Positions 10,337 to 25,726 of a stretch of 64,000 bases of DNA are shown here, piece by piece. Position 1 is the first letter of the stretch; the number at the start of each line of letters is the position of its first letter. The notes beneath the pieces are model-generated. The model was not told the DNA's origin. It saw only the letters and a program-made list of their open reading frames with translations, and made no database searches. The position numbers and the translations under genes were made by a program. Origin of the DNA: Macrostomum lignano (lineage: Eukaryota); NCBI GenBank assembly GCA_002269645.1, contig NIVC01000511.1, positions 342,023 through 406,022 on the forward strand, read 5' to 3'.

Positions 10337-11417
10337 GCGGTAGAAGTACAGAGGTGAGTCGCGTCCCCCCCACAGTGCCAGCACTGTACATCAGGCTGTA
10401 CACAGTTAATTTTATACTGCGCCATGCAGTTGCAATTTATATTTGATTATTTCATTAACAAAAGCCCAACCTGACATTGAAAGCTAATGCAAAGGTGCAT
10501 ATTTATAGTAAAGGCTAAATTTGGGACAATCCTGCTTTGAGAAGCGATTAACTTTGAATAGCTGATCAATGCAGATTTTGCTAGCCGAAGCACTCCCTGC
10601 TCCGCCGCGCACTGCCAAGAAATCCGTGGCGCCATGTCCGCCCACTGACGTCAGCTTCGGCCTGGAGAAAAACAGCTTCCTTCTTCCGTGGAGGGGATCT
10701 TTATCGGCCGCTGCTGTCCTGCCGATCAAGCCTGCAGCTCATCAAGCCCGGACCTCCCATAAGACAAGAAATATTAAAGCTGCGCCTGTCAGCTGTGCGA
10801 GGAGAATTCCTGCAGCGATGCAGCACTGGGCGTCTCATTTCGATATTAACCTGTCAGGCCGCGTTAAATCTGTGCCGGCTGAGCTGAGGTGCGAAAATCC
10901 CCAACGGAATGAGGCTGAGAAGGCTCCAAATGGATGATGCCCAGTTTTTTTGTCGGGTCCTCAGAGCCTCATGGCCTCATGAGCCGAAGAATAAATAATT
11001 CCTTTTTTACACATTTCGGAAGCGCCCGCCAGGCCGGAACACGGTTTGGCGCTCCGGCCCGGCTTGTCTTCATCATCATAAATTTGTGAGCTGCTGGGTA
11101 ACCGGAGTCTGCACGCGGAGTGAAAAAATCGATTTTTCCGATTGCTTATTTTGGCTTGAGTTGCATCTGACTTGGCTGCTCAGCTGAGTAAGTTTTATTA
11201 TTAAATGTAACTTGGGAGTCTTCAGAGTATGATTGGATGTCTCACTATCCACAATTAAATTTTTAAGTTAATTTTTTACCAATGAGTCCAGTTTTACACA
11301 TATGCTCAGCAACATCTTTGTGCAGTGTCTTTCGACCAGCCTCTATCACCTGGCCAACCATTTTAATACTAAAAATGCTTGAAAAAACAAAGAAAACCGG
11401 GAGGAAGCTTCAATCAT

Positions 11418-11720
11418 GCTTGTGACTGACTTTGCGCGCTTGTGACTGACTTTGCGCGCTTGTGACTGACTTTGCGCGCTTGTGACTGACTTTGCGCGCT
11501 TGTGACTGACTTTGCGCGCTTGTGACTGACTTTGCGCGCTTGTGACTGACTTTGCGCGCTTGTGACTGACTTTGCGCGCTTGTGACTGACTTTGCGCGCT
11601 TGTGACTGACTTTGCGCGCTTGTGACTGACTTTGCGCGCTTGTGACTGACTTTGCGCGCTTGTGACTGACTTTGCGCGCTGTGACTGACTTTGCGCGCTT
11701 GTGACAGACTTTACGCGCTT
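11418..11720. repeat. 20-bp minisatellite (tgtgactgactttgcgcgct)
   Basis: About 15 nearly identical copies. Confidence 0.97.
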
Positions 11721-12930
11721 TTACTGGCAATGCGCGCTTGTGGGGATTCAACGGAGCTGGCTCATTCTCATTCTTGAGCAATTCTTTACCAATTCTCTGC
11801 TTGTTATTCAAAGCGGAAACGAGAGCCGCCCGGGCCACTTAGCAGCCGGCCGGAGCAGCTGCGGTAATCCTTCAATTTCGCAGGGAAGGAAATCCTGTCT
11901 GCGTTTAAAATTGTATTAACGATAGTAAAAATCTATCGCGAAATCGAATCGCCCAGACTCAAGGAGATCCAAGGATGAGTCGGATGTTTCTGCATTCTAC
12001 CTAGAGGCTCTGCTTTCAGGATTCATTTAGCAGAAACTGCAGTGCTGCAGTTGCCTTTTTTCTACTCAAACCCGCCGGACCCCAGATGGGATTTCACGCC
12101 TCATTTAATTCCCACCGGCACCTGCTGCGCCACTATCTGGTAAGCAAACTCACTATACCTGCTCTAGGCCTCCCATTTGCCCTGCAACTCCTACCCTCCC
12201 TTAACTTCCCCCTCCACCGTCACTGGAAGAATTTCTGGCCAGCTCCTATAGTTTTCCTATTTTTGTTCGCTTTTAGTAGAAGAAGACAGTGGAAAAAATT
12301 CTCCGCTCTGGGTGTGGCGTCTCCATCACCTGTCCGTCTGGCGCCCAGCAGCTCCCCACCCACCACTCTCGCCTGCCGCCCCCCCCCCCCGGCACTTCAG
12401 GAGGAGGAGGAGCATCTCCCGCTGGCATGCTGGCACTCTGGCAGCACTCGGAGAAGCTGCACAGCCGCCTGCTCATAACTTTTTCCTCCCTATGCAGCTC
12501 TCTGCTCTTCTTTCGTTCCAATAAGCAGGCGAGCTGTCTTCATCAAAAAAGCTGAAATTTATTGAGGATAGAAAATTCGTTGCGAAGGTGATAGAACTGG
12601 AGGAATCTTGGCTATCCCTGCTTGCTGTGTCAATCAAATTTATTGAACAAAACATTTCTTGTCTGCAGAAGTACTGTGTCTATTGACTGATTGACAACCC
12701 CTGTGTGTTTATTGACTGACTGGCAACACCTGTGTTTTTATTGACTGACTTACAACCCCTGTGTGTTTATTGACTGATTGACAACCCCTGTGTGTTTATT
12801 GACTGACTGGCAACCCCTGTGTGTTTATTGACTGATTGATAACCCCTGTGTGTTTATTGACTGACTGGCAACTCCTGTGTGTTTATTGACTGATTGACAA
12901 CCCCTGTGTGTTTATTGACTGACTGGCAAC

Positions 12931-13273
12931 CATGGATGAATGAATAGAATGGATTGCTATTCTGGCTCTGACTATTTTCGTTTTTGACTCTTTTGCATCC
13001 GGTTCCCCCCCCCCGTGCCTTTTCATTGGTTGATGATTGCCATAGACAATTGTCAGTTACTTGCAGAGAATATCGAGCGCTCGTAGGTCTTCCCCCTTTA
13101 TTTCAAAACACGAGCGAAAGCGCTTGTGCATCGAAAGAAAGGGGCGAAGGCCGAAAATTGTCTATGGCAATCATCAACCAATGAAAAGGCACGGGGGGGA
13201 ACCAGATGCAAAAGAGTCAAAAACGAAAATAGCCAGAGCCAGAATAGCAATCCATTCTATTCATTCATCCATG
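12931..13273. mobile_element. hAT-type MITE, copy 1 (343 bp)
   Basis: TIRs of ~120 bp (12931-13051 / 13156-13273) starting CATGGATGAATG; 8-bp TSD CTGGCAAC (12923-12930 and 13274-13281). An 8-bp TSD is typical of hAT. Confidence 0.9.
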
Positions 13274-14988
13274 CTGGCAACTACTGTGTGTTTATTGACT
13301 GATTGACAATCCCTGTGTGTTTATTGACTGATTGACAACCCGTGTGTGTTTATTGACTGACTGGCAACCCCCGTGTGTTTATTGACTGACTTACAACCCC
13401 TGTGTGTTTATTGACTGATTGACAACCCCTGTGTGTTTATTGACTGATTGACAACCCCTGTGTGTTTATTGACTGACTGGCAACCCCTGTGTGTTTATTG
13501 ACTGATTGATAACCCCTGTGTGTTTATTGACTGACTAACAACCCCTGTGTGTTCATTGACTGATTGATAACCCCTGTGTGTTTATTGACTGACTGGCAAC
13601 CCCTGTGTGTTTATTGACTAATTGACAGCCCCTGTGTGTTTATTGACTGATTGACAACCCCTGTGTGTTTATTGACTGACTGGCAACCCCTGTGTGTTTA
13701 TTGACTGATTGTAACCCCTGTGTGTTTATTGACTGACTAACAACCCCTGTGTGTTCATTGACTGATTGACAACCCCTGTGTGTTTATTGACTGACTGGCA
13801 ACCCCTGTGTGTTTATTGACTGATTGATAACCCCTGTGTGTTTATTGACTGACTAACAACCTCTGTGTGTTCATTGACTGATTGACAACCCCTGTGTGTT
13901 TATTGACTGATTGACAACCCCTGTGTGTTTATTGACTGACTGGCAACCCCTGTGTGTTTATTGACTGATTGATAACCCCTGTGTGTTTATTGACTGATTG
14001 ATAACCCCTGTGTGTTTATTGACTGACTGGCAACCCCTGTGTGTTTATTGACTGATTGACAATCCCTGTGTGTTTATTGACTGATTGACAACCCCTGTGT
14101 GTTTATTGACTGACTGTCAACCCCTGTGTGTTTATTGACTGATTGTAACCCCTGTGTGTTTATTGACTGACTGGCAACCCCTGTGTGTTTATTGACTGAT
14201 TGACAGCCCCTGTGTGTTTATTGACTGATTGACAACCCCTGTGTGTTTATTGACTGACTGGCAACCCCTGTGTGTTTATTGACTGATTGTAACCCCTGTG
14301 TGTTTATTGACTGACTGGCAACCCCTGTGTGTTTATTGACTGACTGGCAACCCCTGTGTGTTTATTGACTGATTGTAACCCCTGTGTGTTTATTGACTGA
14401 CTAACAACCCCTGTGTGTTCATTGACTGATTGACAACCCCTGTGTGTTTATTGACTGATTGACAACCCCTGTGTGTTTATTGACTGATTGATAACCCCTG
14501 TGTGTTTATTGACTGACTGGCAACTCCTGTGTGTTTATTGACTGATTGACAACCCCTGTGTGTTTATTGACTGATTGATAACCCCTGTGTGTTTATTGAC
14601 TGACTGGCAACTCCTGTGTGTTTATTGACTGATTGACAACCCCTGTGTGTTTATTGACTGATTGACAACCCGTGTGTGTTTATTGACTGACTGGCAACCC
14701 CCGTGTGTTTATTGACTGACTAACAACCCCCGTGTGTTTATTGACTGACTGGCAACCCCTGTGTGTTTATTGACTGACTAACAACCCCTGTGTGTTCATT
14801 GACTGATTGACAACCCCTGTGTGTTTATTGACTGATTGACAACCCCTGTGTGTTTATTGACTGATTGATAACCCCTGTGTGTTTATTGACTGACTGGCAA
14901 CTCCTGTGTGTTTATTGACTGATTGACAACCCCTGTGTGTTTATTGACTGATTGATAACCCCTGTGTGTTTATTGACTGACTGGCAAC

Positions 14989-15328
14989 CATGGATGAATG
15001 AATAGAATGGATTGCTATTCTGGCTCTGACTATTTTCGTTTTTGACTCTTTTGCATCCGGTTCCCCCCCGTGCCTTTTCATTGGTTGATGATTGCCATAG
15101 ACAATTGTCAGTTACTTGCAGAGAATATCGAGCGCTCGTAGGTCTTCCCCCTTTATTTCAAAACACGAGCGAAAGCGCTTGTGCATCGAAAGAAAGGGGC
15201 GAAGGCCGAAAATTGTCTATGGCAATCATCAACCAATGAAAAGGCACGGGGGGGAACCAGATGCAAAAGAGTCAAAAACGAAAATAGCCAGAGCCAGAAT
15301 AGCAATCCATTCTATTCATTCATCCATG
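14989..15328. mobile_element. hAT-type MITE, copy 2 (340 bp)
   Basis: Matches copy 1 except for a shorter C run; same TSD CTGGCAAC (14981-14988 and 15329-15336). Confidence 0.9.
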
Positions 15329-16571
15329 CTGGCAACTCCTGTGTGTTTATTGACTGATTGACAATCCCTGTGTGTTTATTGACTGATTGACAACCCGTGT
15401 GTGTTTATTGACTGACTGGCAACCCCCGTGTGTTTATTGACTGACTAACAACCCCCGTGTGTTTATTGACTGACTAACAACCCCAGTGTGTTTATTGACT
15501 GACTAACAACAACCCCCGAGTGTTTATTGAATGACTAACAACCCCTGTGTGTTTATTGACTGACTGACAACCCCTGTGTGTTTATTGACTGATTGATAAC
15601 CCCTGTGTGCTTATTGACTGACTGGCAACCCCTGTGTGTTTATTGATGGTATGACTGACAACCCCTGTGTGTTTATGGTGTGATGGTATGACTGACAACC
15701 CCTGTGTGTTTATTGATGGTATGAGTGACAACCCCTGTGTGTTTATGGTGTGATGGTATGACTGACAACCCCTGTGTGTTTATGGTGTGATGGTATGACT
15801 GACAACCCCTGTGTTTTTATTGATGGTATGAGTGACAACCCCTGTGTGTTTATGGTGTGATGGTATGACTGACAACCCCTGTGTGTTTATTGATGGTATG
15901 AGTGACAACCCCTGTGTGTTTATGGTGTGATGGTATGACTGACAACCCCTGTGTGTTTATGGTGTGATGGTATGAGTGACAACCCCTGTGTGTTTATGGT
16001 GTGATGGTATGACTGACAACCCCTGTGTGTTTATGGTGTAATGGTATGACTGACAACCCCTGTGTGTTTATGGTGTGATGGTCTCCCGGCAAGCCCTGTA
16101 CAGTTAATTAATCGGTGTGACTGATTGTGACTATAAATTCAGCCAATGTATTGTCCAAAAACTGAACTAGAAAGCATCCGGCAGATAACTAGACGAAAGG
16201 AATCTGAAAGAAAAGTCAAATTTTCATGCATCGTAAAAGTGCTTTTACAATTGCCGAAGTTCCACTTGGCTTTTTAAAGAATTGCATTTTTCACATTGAT
16301 TCGTCACCGCGGTAAAAACTGCGCGGTGACGCGGGGTTGCCGGCGCCATAAAGTGAAGCTGCTGTCCCAAGGCAGCTTCGAGTCTTACAAGATGAAGCAT
16401 GACACAGAATCTTAGCGGCCATATAAAACTTGCTTTGAATTTTAAGTCTCCAAGCACGCCGCGCCATCCTGGATCCTGGACGCGGGCCGAGCTGCTGTGA
16501 CCATTTTTTGGATTGGAGTCCAATCTCATTGTCTGATCATTCTCTCATGATGTCGCTCGGAATCAAGTTTT

Positions 16572-16725
16572 AGCGCCCCAGACTACAGTTTAGGCGCCTC
16601 AGACTTCAGTTTTGGCGCCTCAGACTACAGTTTTGGCGCCTCAGACTACAGTTTTGGCGCCTCAGACTTCAGTTTTGGCGCCTTAGACTACAGTTTTGGC
16701 ACCTCACACTCCAGTTTTGGCACCT
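16572..16725. repeat. 21-bp minisatellite (gcgcctcagactacagttttg)
   Basis: About 7 copies. Confidence 0.9.
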
Positions 16726-18492
16726 AGGGGAGCCTCAGTTTTGTTGGGCTCGCATTTTGAAGCCTCTATTGCTTCCAATTGAGTGTGAATCTATCGTGTA
16801 AAAAGATGCTGAGACTGATGAAGATCGAACCTCTTTCACTTTCATTAAGGTTGTCGGTTGTTTATCGATTTTGAGTGCGAAAGGTTGACAGATCGGGCCA
16901 AAACGTCAGCTTCTTTGCGGGGCTCCGTCAGGCCTAAATGATTAATGCAGTCACGGCTTGTGTTTTGGCTCAAGTGCCTCATCTCATGCAATGCTGAATC
17001 CAGCCTCCCCACAACCGCAAAGCTTTTGTAGCGTTAACGCCTCACAACCTTGTTGCAAAGCTAATGAGGTACCTGGTGTTTGGGGTGGCGGGTTTGGGAG
17101 TTAGGGCGATTGCACAAAGCATTGTTGCCATGCACCCGCTAATTATAGTAGGACTAAAAATCTGATGAGGGACTGTGCGTGGGGATGGAGTTTATATTAC
17201 CTCAGTTGCAGGTAGCTATAGGGAATGCTGAAGGGGGCGGGCAGTGGGAGCCTGCCCTGAGATAGTTCGCAAACTCGTAGCTGATGGGAGATTTATTCTC
17301 CTTTTCTCAGGCAACTCTCGCCCTAGCTTTCCATCTATCCATTTTCTCTCCTCCAGAAGCAGCTCATTTGTATTCTGATTTATCACGCTTCGATTCCTTA
17401 CTTTTTACGATGAAAGTTTTGGGCGATGGCCACCGCGGCTCATTCAGCATTGCAGAAGTTTTTCAGTACAAAACACGCGCCGAGACTAAGTGCAACAGGA
17501 TGGAATTACACAGTAACCATATGAGGAAGGTGATGATAATACATCCAATGCGAGAAAAGAACCATCTACGAATTTAGGATGAGAATAACAGAGAAATATG
17601 CTTGGGGCTGAATTTTCTATTTTTTTATGAATTAAGACATAAGTCGTATTATAGTCAATTATTTATTGCAAAAATCTTTTTGCATTTTTATTAAATTATA
17701 AATTCTTTTAAAACTATTGCACTCTCTCTATCAGCGGCCATTGATGGGAAATACAAAAGACGGATCGCCTCAGGAGCCAATGGTATGTACACTGAATCAC
17801 AGAACAAGCACAGCACAGTCATGCGGATCAGATTAAATTCAAACGAAAAGTATTAAAAGACTACTAACAGTACTTTCCACACAATGGCTTTTTCAATCAC
17901 CATCAAAGACTATATCGGATTGCAACGCACTACGAGTATGTCGGATGCACACATGCTGGTTGGTGCAAAAATAAAGTGCAAAATTTAGGAGAGGAAAAGG
18001 GAGCAGAGAAATCTGTAGGAAATAAGATGGTATGACTGATTGATAATTATAAGATTTATATTATTGATTTTCTCCGGGTATACTTTGCAGCACATCTTAA
18101 CAAAATAATTTACTATATCTTCTTAAAACTGTAGAATAATGTTGATCATGTTTATTAAAAAACTTTTAAAAGCTTTTTTACTCAGGTTAAAATGAACTTT
18201 TGTGCCACTTAGGTAACGATGAATGATATAACCTTTTTTGCTTTTGACGTGAATTGTTAACAGCATGCGCCGACTTGCACGCGATAAGTAGTCATCGACA
18301 TCGACGCGATATCATAAGTCAGAATTCCCACCCATCAAGCAATAGTTTGTGCTGCTCGCAACCTCGATCCTGTATTTGATTCTTTCGCTAAAGTTCTTAA
18401 TACACAAGTTTACCTACAACACCACAATTATTAGAACTCTTCATACATCATATACTTCAATTTGTTCCAAGAAGACAGTTTCATACTCAGTA

Positions 18493-21400
18493 ATGTCTTT
18501 CATTGGTGATAAAATGGACTTGGAAGCAACATTCAAGAATGCATTTGAAGAGCTGAGGAAATTTAAGGCTTCAATGGTATGGAACATTTGTGCTATTTAT
18601 TAAATCTAGATTGGATTTCTTATTTATACTTTTAAGTCTAGCATGAGTGTGTCTATTTTAGCCGCTACAATGTAATAGGCCTATTTGAATCTGCGGACTT
18701 TGGAATCACAATTTTATGACAAAGCCAATAGCCCTATTCAAAATAAAGTAGCCTACTAAATTTATATAATTCTTTTATAACTATAATCTAAATAGAAGCC
18801 TATAATTTTTAAAGGAATTTGTTCAGCACATTATTTGTGGGTTTTCCAGTGCAAATCGAGAAGTATGTAAAAGAGAATATTTTTATTCTTAAGTTGACCA
18901 GTCATTCTAGAATTAAAATTGACATTTTTTACATTTTATACATTTGATACATTTGATTTGTCTTACAAATTGAATTTTAAATGAAAGTTGTAAGAGTAAG
19001 CTGATTAAATTGTGGGAAATTCTTGAAGAGGCCTGTCTCTTGTGTCATTTACCTATATAATATTACATTTTTAACTTGTAGTCATTACAGTATTTTGTCT
19101 TTCTTTCTTTTCATAATTCTTAGCAATCTTAGGTATAATAACAATTAATTTTATACAAGCTATAACTATATTCCTTAGTTAGATACACATTACTATATTA
19201 CATTAGCCAACAAATCAATTTTGTTCAACAAATCATGAAATCAATATAAGCAATATTAACAAAAATTGTTGGCCTACTCAATTGCATACCATTATGTAGA
19301 AAAAAAAATTTATAAATTTTAGCACAGAGAAGCTTTGGAGACTAAATCAGCAGAGGCATTGCAGGAAGATAATGCTAAGCTTAAGGAGAAAAATGTAAGT
19401 ATAATATGTTATCAACACTTTGAAATTTAGCCTGTTAGTCTTGTTTGGCCTACCAACCAAACTTTGACATTTGCACTTGTTAATTGAATTTAAGCTTTGC
19501 CTAGAGAGGAAGATGGTGGAAATGCAGTCCAAGATGGACAGAATGAAGTCCTATTGCCAAACTATCATCTCTTCTGGCCATGGATTCAAGCAAGTTCAAG
19601 AAAGTGTGGTAAGCGAAAGCTTTTCTATTGTTTATTTTATGTAATAAATTTCTCTGATGAATAATCATTAGCTGAAATCTGTCCATCCATTTGTGTCCAC
19701 ATAAGGCAAAGAATATACCTAAATTTATGGAGGATGAAAATCAGGCAATGGCTGAGAAGATCACCAAACTAGAGGTGAGTATCTGAGATATTTAATATAT
19801 ATATCATATTTTTAAATGCAAGGACTTCAAGTAGAGGGTCAAGTAGTTACTGTAAGTAGAGGGATGCATAATGTGGCAACTGTGTTAAATATCAATCAAA
19901 GTTTCATTACTTAACTGATTTAGCAAGATAGGATAGGATATTTAAAGCAGAAAACTTTCCAATTTCGCCATTTATGAATATCACTAACTCAGTTGGTGCA
20001 TAGTTGGTGCAGAGTATGTTAATAATGTTAAGAATTTGCACCCCCATGTGCAAACCTTATTTAGCTTGAAGTGTACTACGCCAACGAAGAGAAACAGCGC
20101 TGCCAGGAGAAGATGCAGCAGCAACAGCAGAAACTTGATCGACTTTTGGAGTCGAATAAACAGTTTGCTGCTCGACTTGCCAGTCTGGAGAAGCAACTGA
20201 CCGTTGTCAAGGACACGTGCAACAGATTTGAGCCGGCAGGTAAATTATTGTGATTGTCTGCTTGCAGGATCTATTGGCACCAAACCAACAGGTGATTGCC
20301 CTAGTGTCTATCAGGTCTATTGGCACCAAACCAACAGGTGATTGCCCTAGTGTCTATCAGGTCTATTGGCACCAAACCAACAGGTGATTGCCCTAGTGTC
20401 CATCAGGTCTATTGGCACCAAACCAACAGGTGATTGCCCTAGTGTCTATCAAGTCTATTGGCACCAAACCAACAGGTGATTGCCCTAGTGTCTATCAAGT
20501 CTATTGGCACCAAACCAACAGGTGATTGCCCTAGTGTCTATCAGGTCTATTGGCACCAAACCAACAGGTGATTGCCCTAGTGTCTATCAGGTCTATTGGC
20601 ACCAAACCAACAGGTGATTGCCCTAGTGTCTATCAGGTCTATTGGCACCAAACCAACAGGTTAGTGGGATGCGCACATGATTGTACATCCCACGATGTAC
20701 AAAGGCCCCGACTTTCGAATTGTCAGGCAGTGTACACACTATGTGCCTTGTAGGTTCGGTCCGTACGTCAAAAAAAAATCGTGCATAAGCCCCAAATTTG
20801 GTCATGAATGTAATCGAACCCCTGGAGCTGAAGGAACTGAAGTAGAAGGTCGCTACTCTCGCTAGTCGTGCCAATTTTACTGGAGCCTGGTCTTCGCTTT
20901 TCAGTTTTTAGCACTAAATTAGATAACTTGCCTTTCGTATAGCTTTATGCCCCTGTTAGTATGGGCCCCTATATATCCAGCAGCAGAGCCCCTCCCCGGG
21001 CTGATCCGCGGTAAGCATACGCTTTTCACCCTCGTTTCACAACAATGTATTTTTCAGTAAAAACTGCCTCCTAAAATTTTCCAAGAAACGTAAATTTCCG
21101 TACTTCTACTTCAGTCGCCCTTGATTGGAGAACCAACAACCAAAATACAGTTTGGTTGTTCAGGTTTTGCATAGCGCCAAACGCTGCACAGCGTTGGACA
21201 AAACGGGGCCAGAAAAACTTGCGGTATCCACCTATCATGATAGAAAAATGCCTGTGCCGATGCGCCCGCCTACCCTTTTTAGCCAAAGCGCTGGCTAAGC
21301 GCTGCGCCGCCCAGCAGCGAATCCAGTCACACTACCGCTGCTTCGAGCAGCTGGCCAACTCGCGCATCGAGGACGAGTGCCGTCGCGTCGCGTCGCTGCA

Positions 21401-22706
21401 GACTCGGCTGGGCATGACCGCCGCCAGAGTACTAGCCCAGGACAGCGAGACTGAGCACTACCAGTCTGTCAATAATGAACAGCGCCTCATGGTGAGTAGA
21501 AAATCGAACTCGTCCCTGCTTTGGGGATGTGCATGACCCGCCTCTTTAGATCATGATGAAACCCAATAAATCATTTCAGATTTCATACCTGACAAAGCAA
21601 GTGCAAGAGCAGGACACCAAAATTGAGGTGAGTGGAGCTGTGCCCGATGGAGTCTGGAATGTAAGATCCTAATATACGAGTAGCACAGCTCATTAGTCTT
21701 AATACCACAGATACTAAAATAACTATACTCAGCAACATCGAAAAGTCGCCATCACAGAAGATTCAGTCTGTGGTCGCCACTTTTGAGAGTGCAGATTGAA
21801 GTCTCTCAATCTTTGCGAGTGACGCAACTTAGCTACGCCGCGGAAGACTTGAGTTGAGGAATGAAGTGGGGGGAGCGGTGTGCGAGGGTTTGACGGGTTA
21901 GAGCTACCCAGATCAGTTTTCTCGTATCTTTTAGTTCATAATAATAATAATCCAAAAGAAATTGCTCACATGCGCATAGAGTGGCGACTTCTCAATGTTG
22001 CTGAGTATAGATAGGCCACTCAGGCAGCATATACTTAGTAAAACAGCTTCCTACTTTCAGTTCAGTAGCAAAGAAGAATACATAAGCTATTTTGTGAAGA
22101 TAAGGCAGCTGAAAGACTGATAAGTTTAGAAGCCCAAGCTTGCAGGCGTAAACAGCTTGCTAATTGGTTCAGCCATAATGTACATTAGCCAGTCCACTGA
22201 AATGTACATGGCAGCTTTAGGCTGGACTTCCGAGAAAAGGCAATAAAAATTTAGGCGTGGCGGGGTAGAGGTTTGCGTGAAAAGGCGCGTTTGGAGGGTT
22301 TAAGCTTGGGGGGGGGGGTAAGGGCCAATAAATAGGCCTTGGCTTTAAAAATACATTAAAATGCTGTTTAACTTGCTACTGAACTGAAAGTAGCTTGCAC
22401 TGCACGCAAATGTGCTGCGAACCCGCCAAAGTCGCGGGTTCGATTCAGTTGTACGCTCGTATTCTGCCTTGTGTCAAGTCTTCCATGAATTTTAGCATTT
22501 TCATTCTCTCTATCTACAATGAGAGAGCAGGGCCTGCGCACTCGGAATGAGCACACTGTAACTACTTGCCTCCTCAGTTGTGGGTCTAAACTTCTCCAGC
22601 TCTGCAAATCCCGCAGGAGCTGAAGGTGAAACTGGCCGAAGCGCACGAGCTGATCAGTGATCAGAGCGAACTGTTGCTGGAGCGAAGTCAGAGCGGCGAT
22701 CATTAA
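18493..22706 (+). CDS. Multi-exon coiled-coil protein, ~286 aa, function unknown
   Basis: Exons 18493-18576, 19323-19394, 19495-19608, 19706-19774, 20065-20239, 21283-21491, 21580-21627, 22617-22706. All introns are GT-AG with compatible phases and give one ORF (MSFIGDKMDLEATFKNAFEELRKFK...ELKVKLAEAHELISDQSELLLERSQSGDH*) with heptad-like E/K/Q/L composition. An upstream exon at 17735-17782 is possible, so the start is uncertain. Confidence 0.75.
20265..20660. repeat. 46-bp intronic minisatellite (caggtctattggcaccaaaccaacaggtgattgccctagtgtctat)
   Basis: About 8.5 copies just after the donor of exon 5 of the coiled-coil gene. Confidence 0.95.
22014..22417. mobile_element. Dispersed MITE-like repeat, partial copy in an intron
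   Basis: Reverse-complement similarity to 46846-47301; internal inverted motif ctactttcagttcagtag / ctactgaactgaaagtag. Confidence 0.7.
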
Positions 22707-23336
22707 GCAATCACCTGCTGATTCTACAGCAGATTAACATTCGCATTTTCATATTGTACTGTTTGGTGTGAAATACACGCGATTTCTCATGATTTCGTAA
22801 ATTTTTGAAGAAAAAAATTAACTGTTGCAAATTGTGTTTTCAAGACAGTTTAATTATTATTTTGTTTTGCAATTAAAAGCGGAGATTTTGAGAACCGGAT
22901 TTACAAGCCAACATAGACAAGCGGCCACTGGCCTTAGTGCAGACTGTATTTGCGCACCTGCTTGCTATTTATAAATAGATAAAGACACGAATAAGTGAAT
23001 TGAAGTAAGCAGGCGATTACAACAAGAAAAAACAACAAACGACTTTGCAATGCTGGTGCTTCCGTAAAATGCAAACTAACTATTCGTTTTGAAGCGGAAT
23101 CCTAAAGAGCAAAATGCTCTTTTCAAGCGGATATCGCTGTAAGTAAACAATTGTTGGAAATGAAAATTGCCTACAATATTTAAATGAATTAAGGAGAACG
23201 GTGGCGACTATTCAATGTTGCAAACGAACAAGTCACAAATGACAATTCAAGGTCAGACGACGATTCCAGGTCACAAGCAAAAATTCAAAATCACAAGCGA
23301 CAATTCAAAGGTCAAAAAACACAGGAGAAGACAATG

Positions 23337-25726
<2,390 letters not shown>

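Larger units (their letters stand above)
12672..16083. repeat. 29-bp satellite (gacaacccctgtgtgtttattgactgatt), changing to 33/37-bp variants after ~15645
   Basis: Long tandem array interrupted twice by a MITE. The distal units carry gatggtat/ggtgt insertions. Confidence 0.96.

Noticed and set aside
9280-12660. Possible exons between arrays (e.g. minus 9280-9422 with a G|GTGAGT donor; 11.75-11.9 kb; 12.3-12.6 kb)
   Set aside because: No recognisable domain and no consistent splice chain could be built.
12672-16083. CRISPR-like look of regular short repeats
   Set aside because: Units are head-to-tail with no unique spacers, there are no cas genes, and the context is eukaryotic.
18493-22706. 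Naming the coiled-coil gene CCDC73
   Set aside because: The resemblance (EELR, LERKMVEM) is within what any coiled coil gives, so no symbol was assigned.
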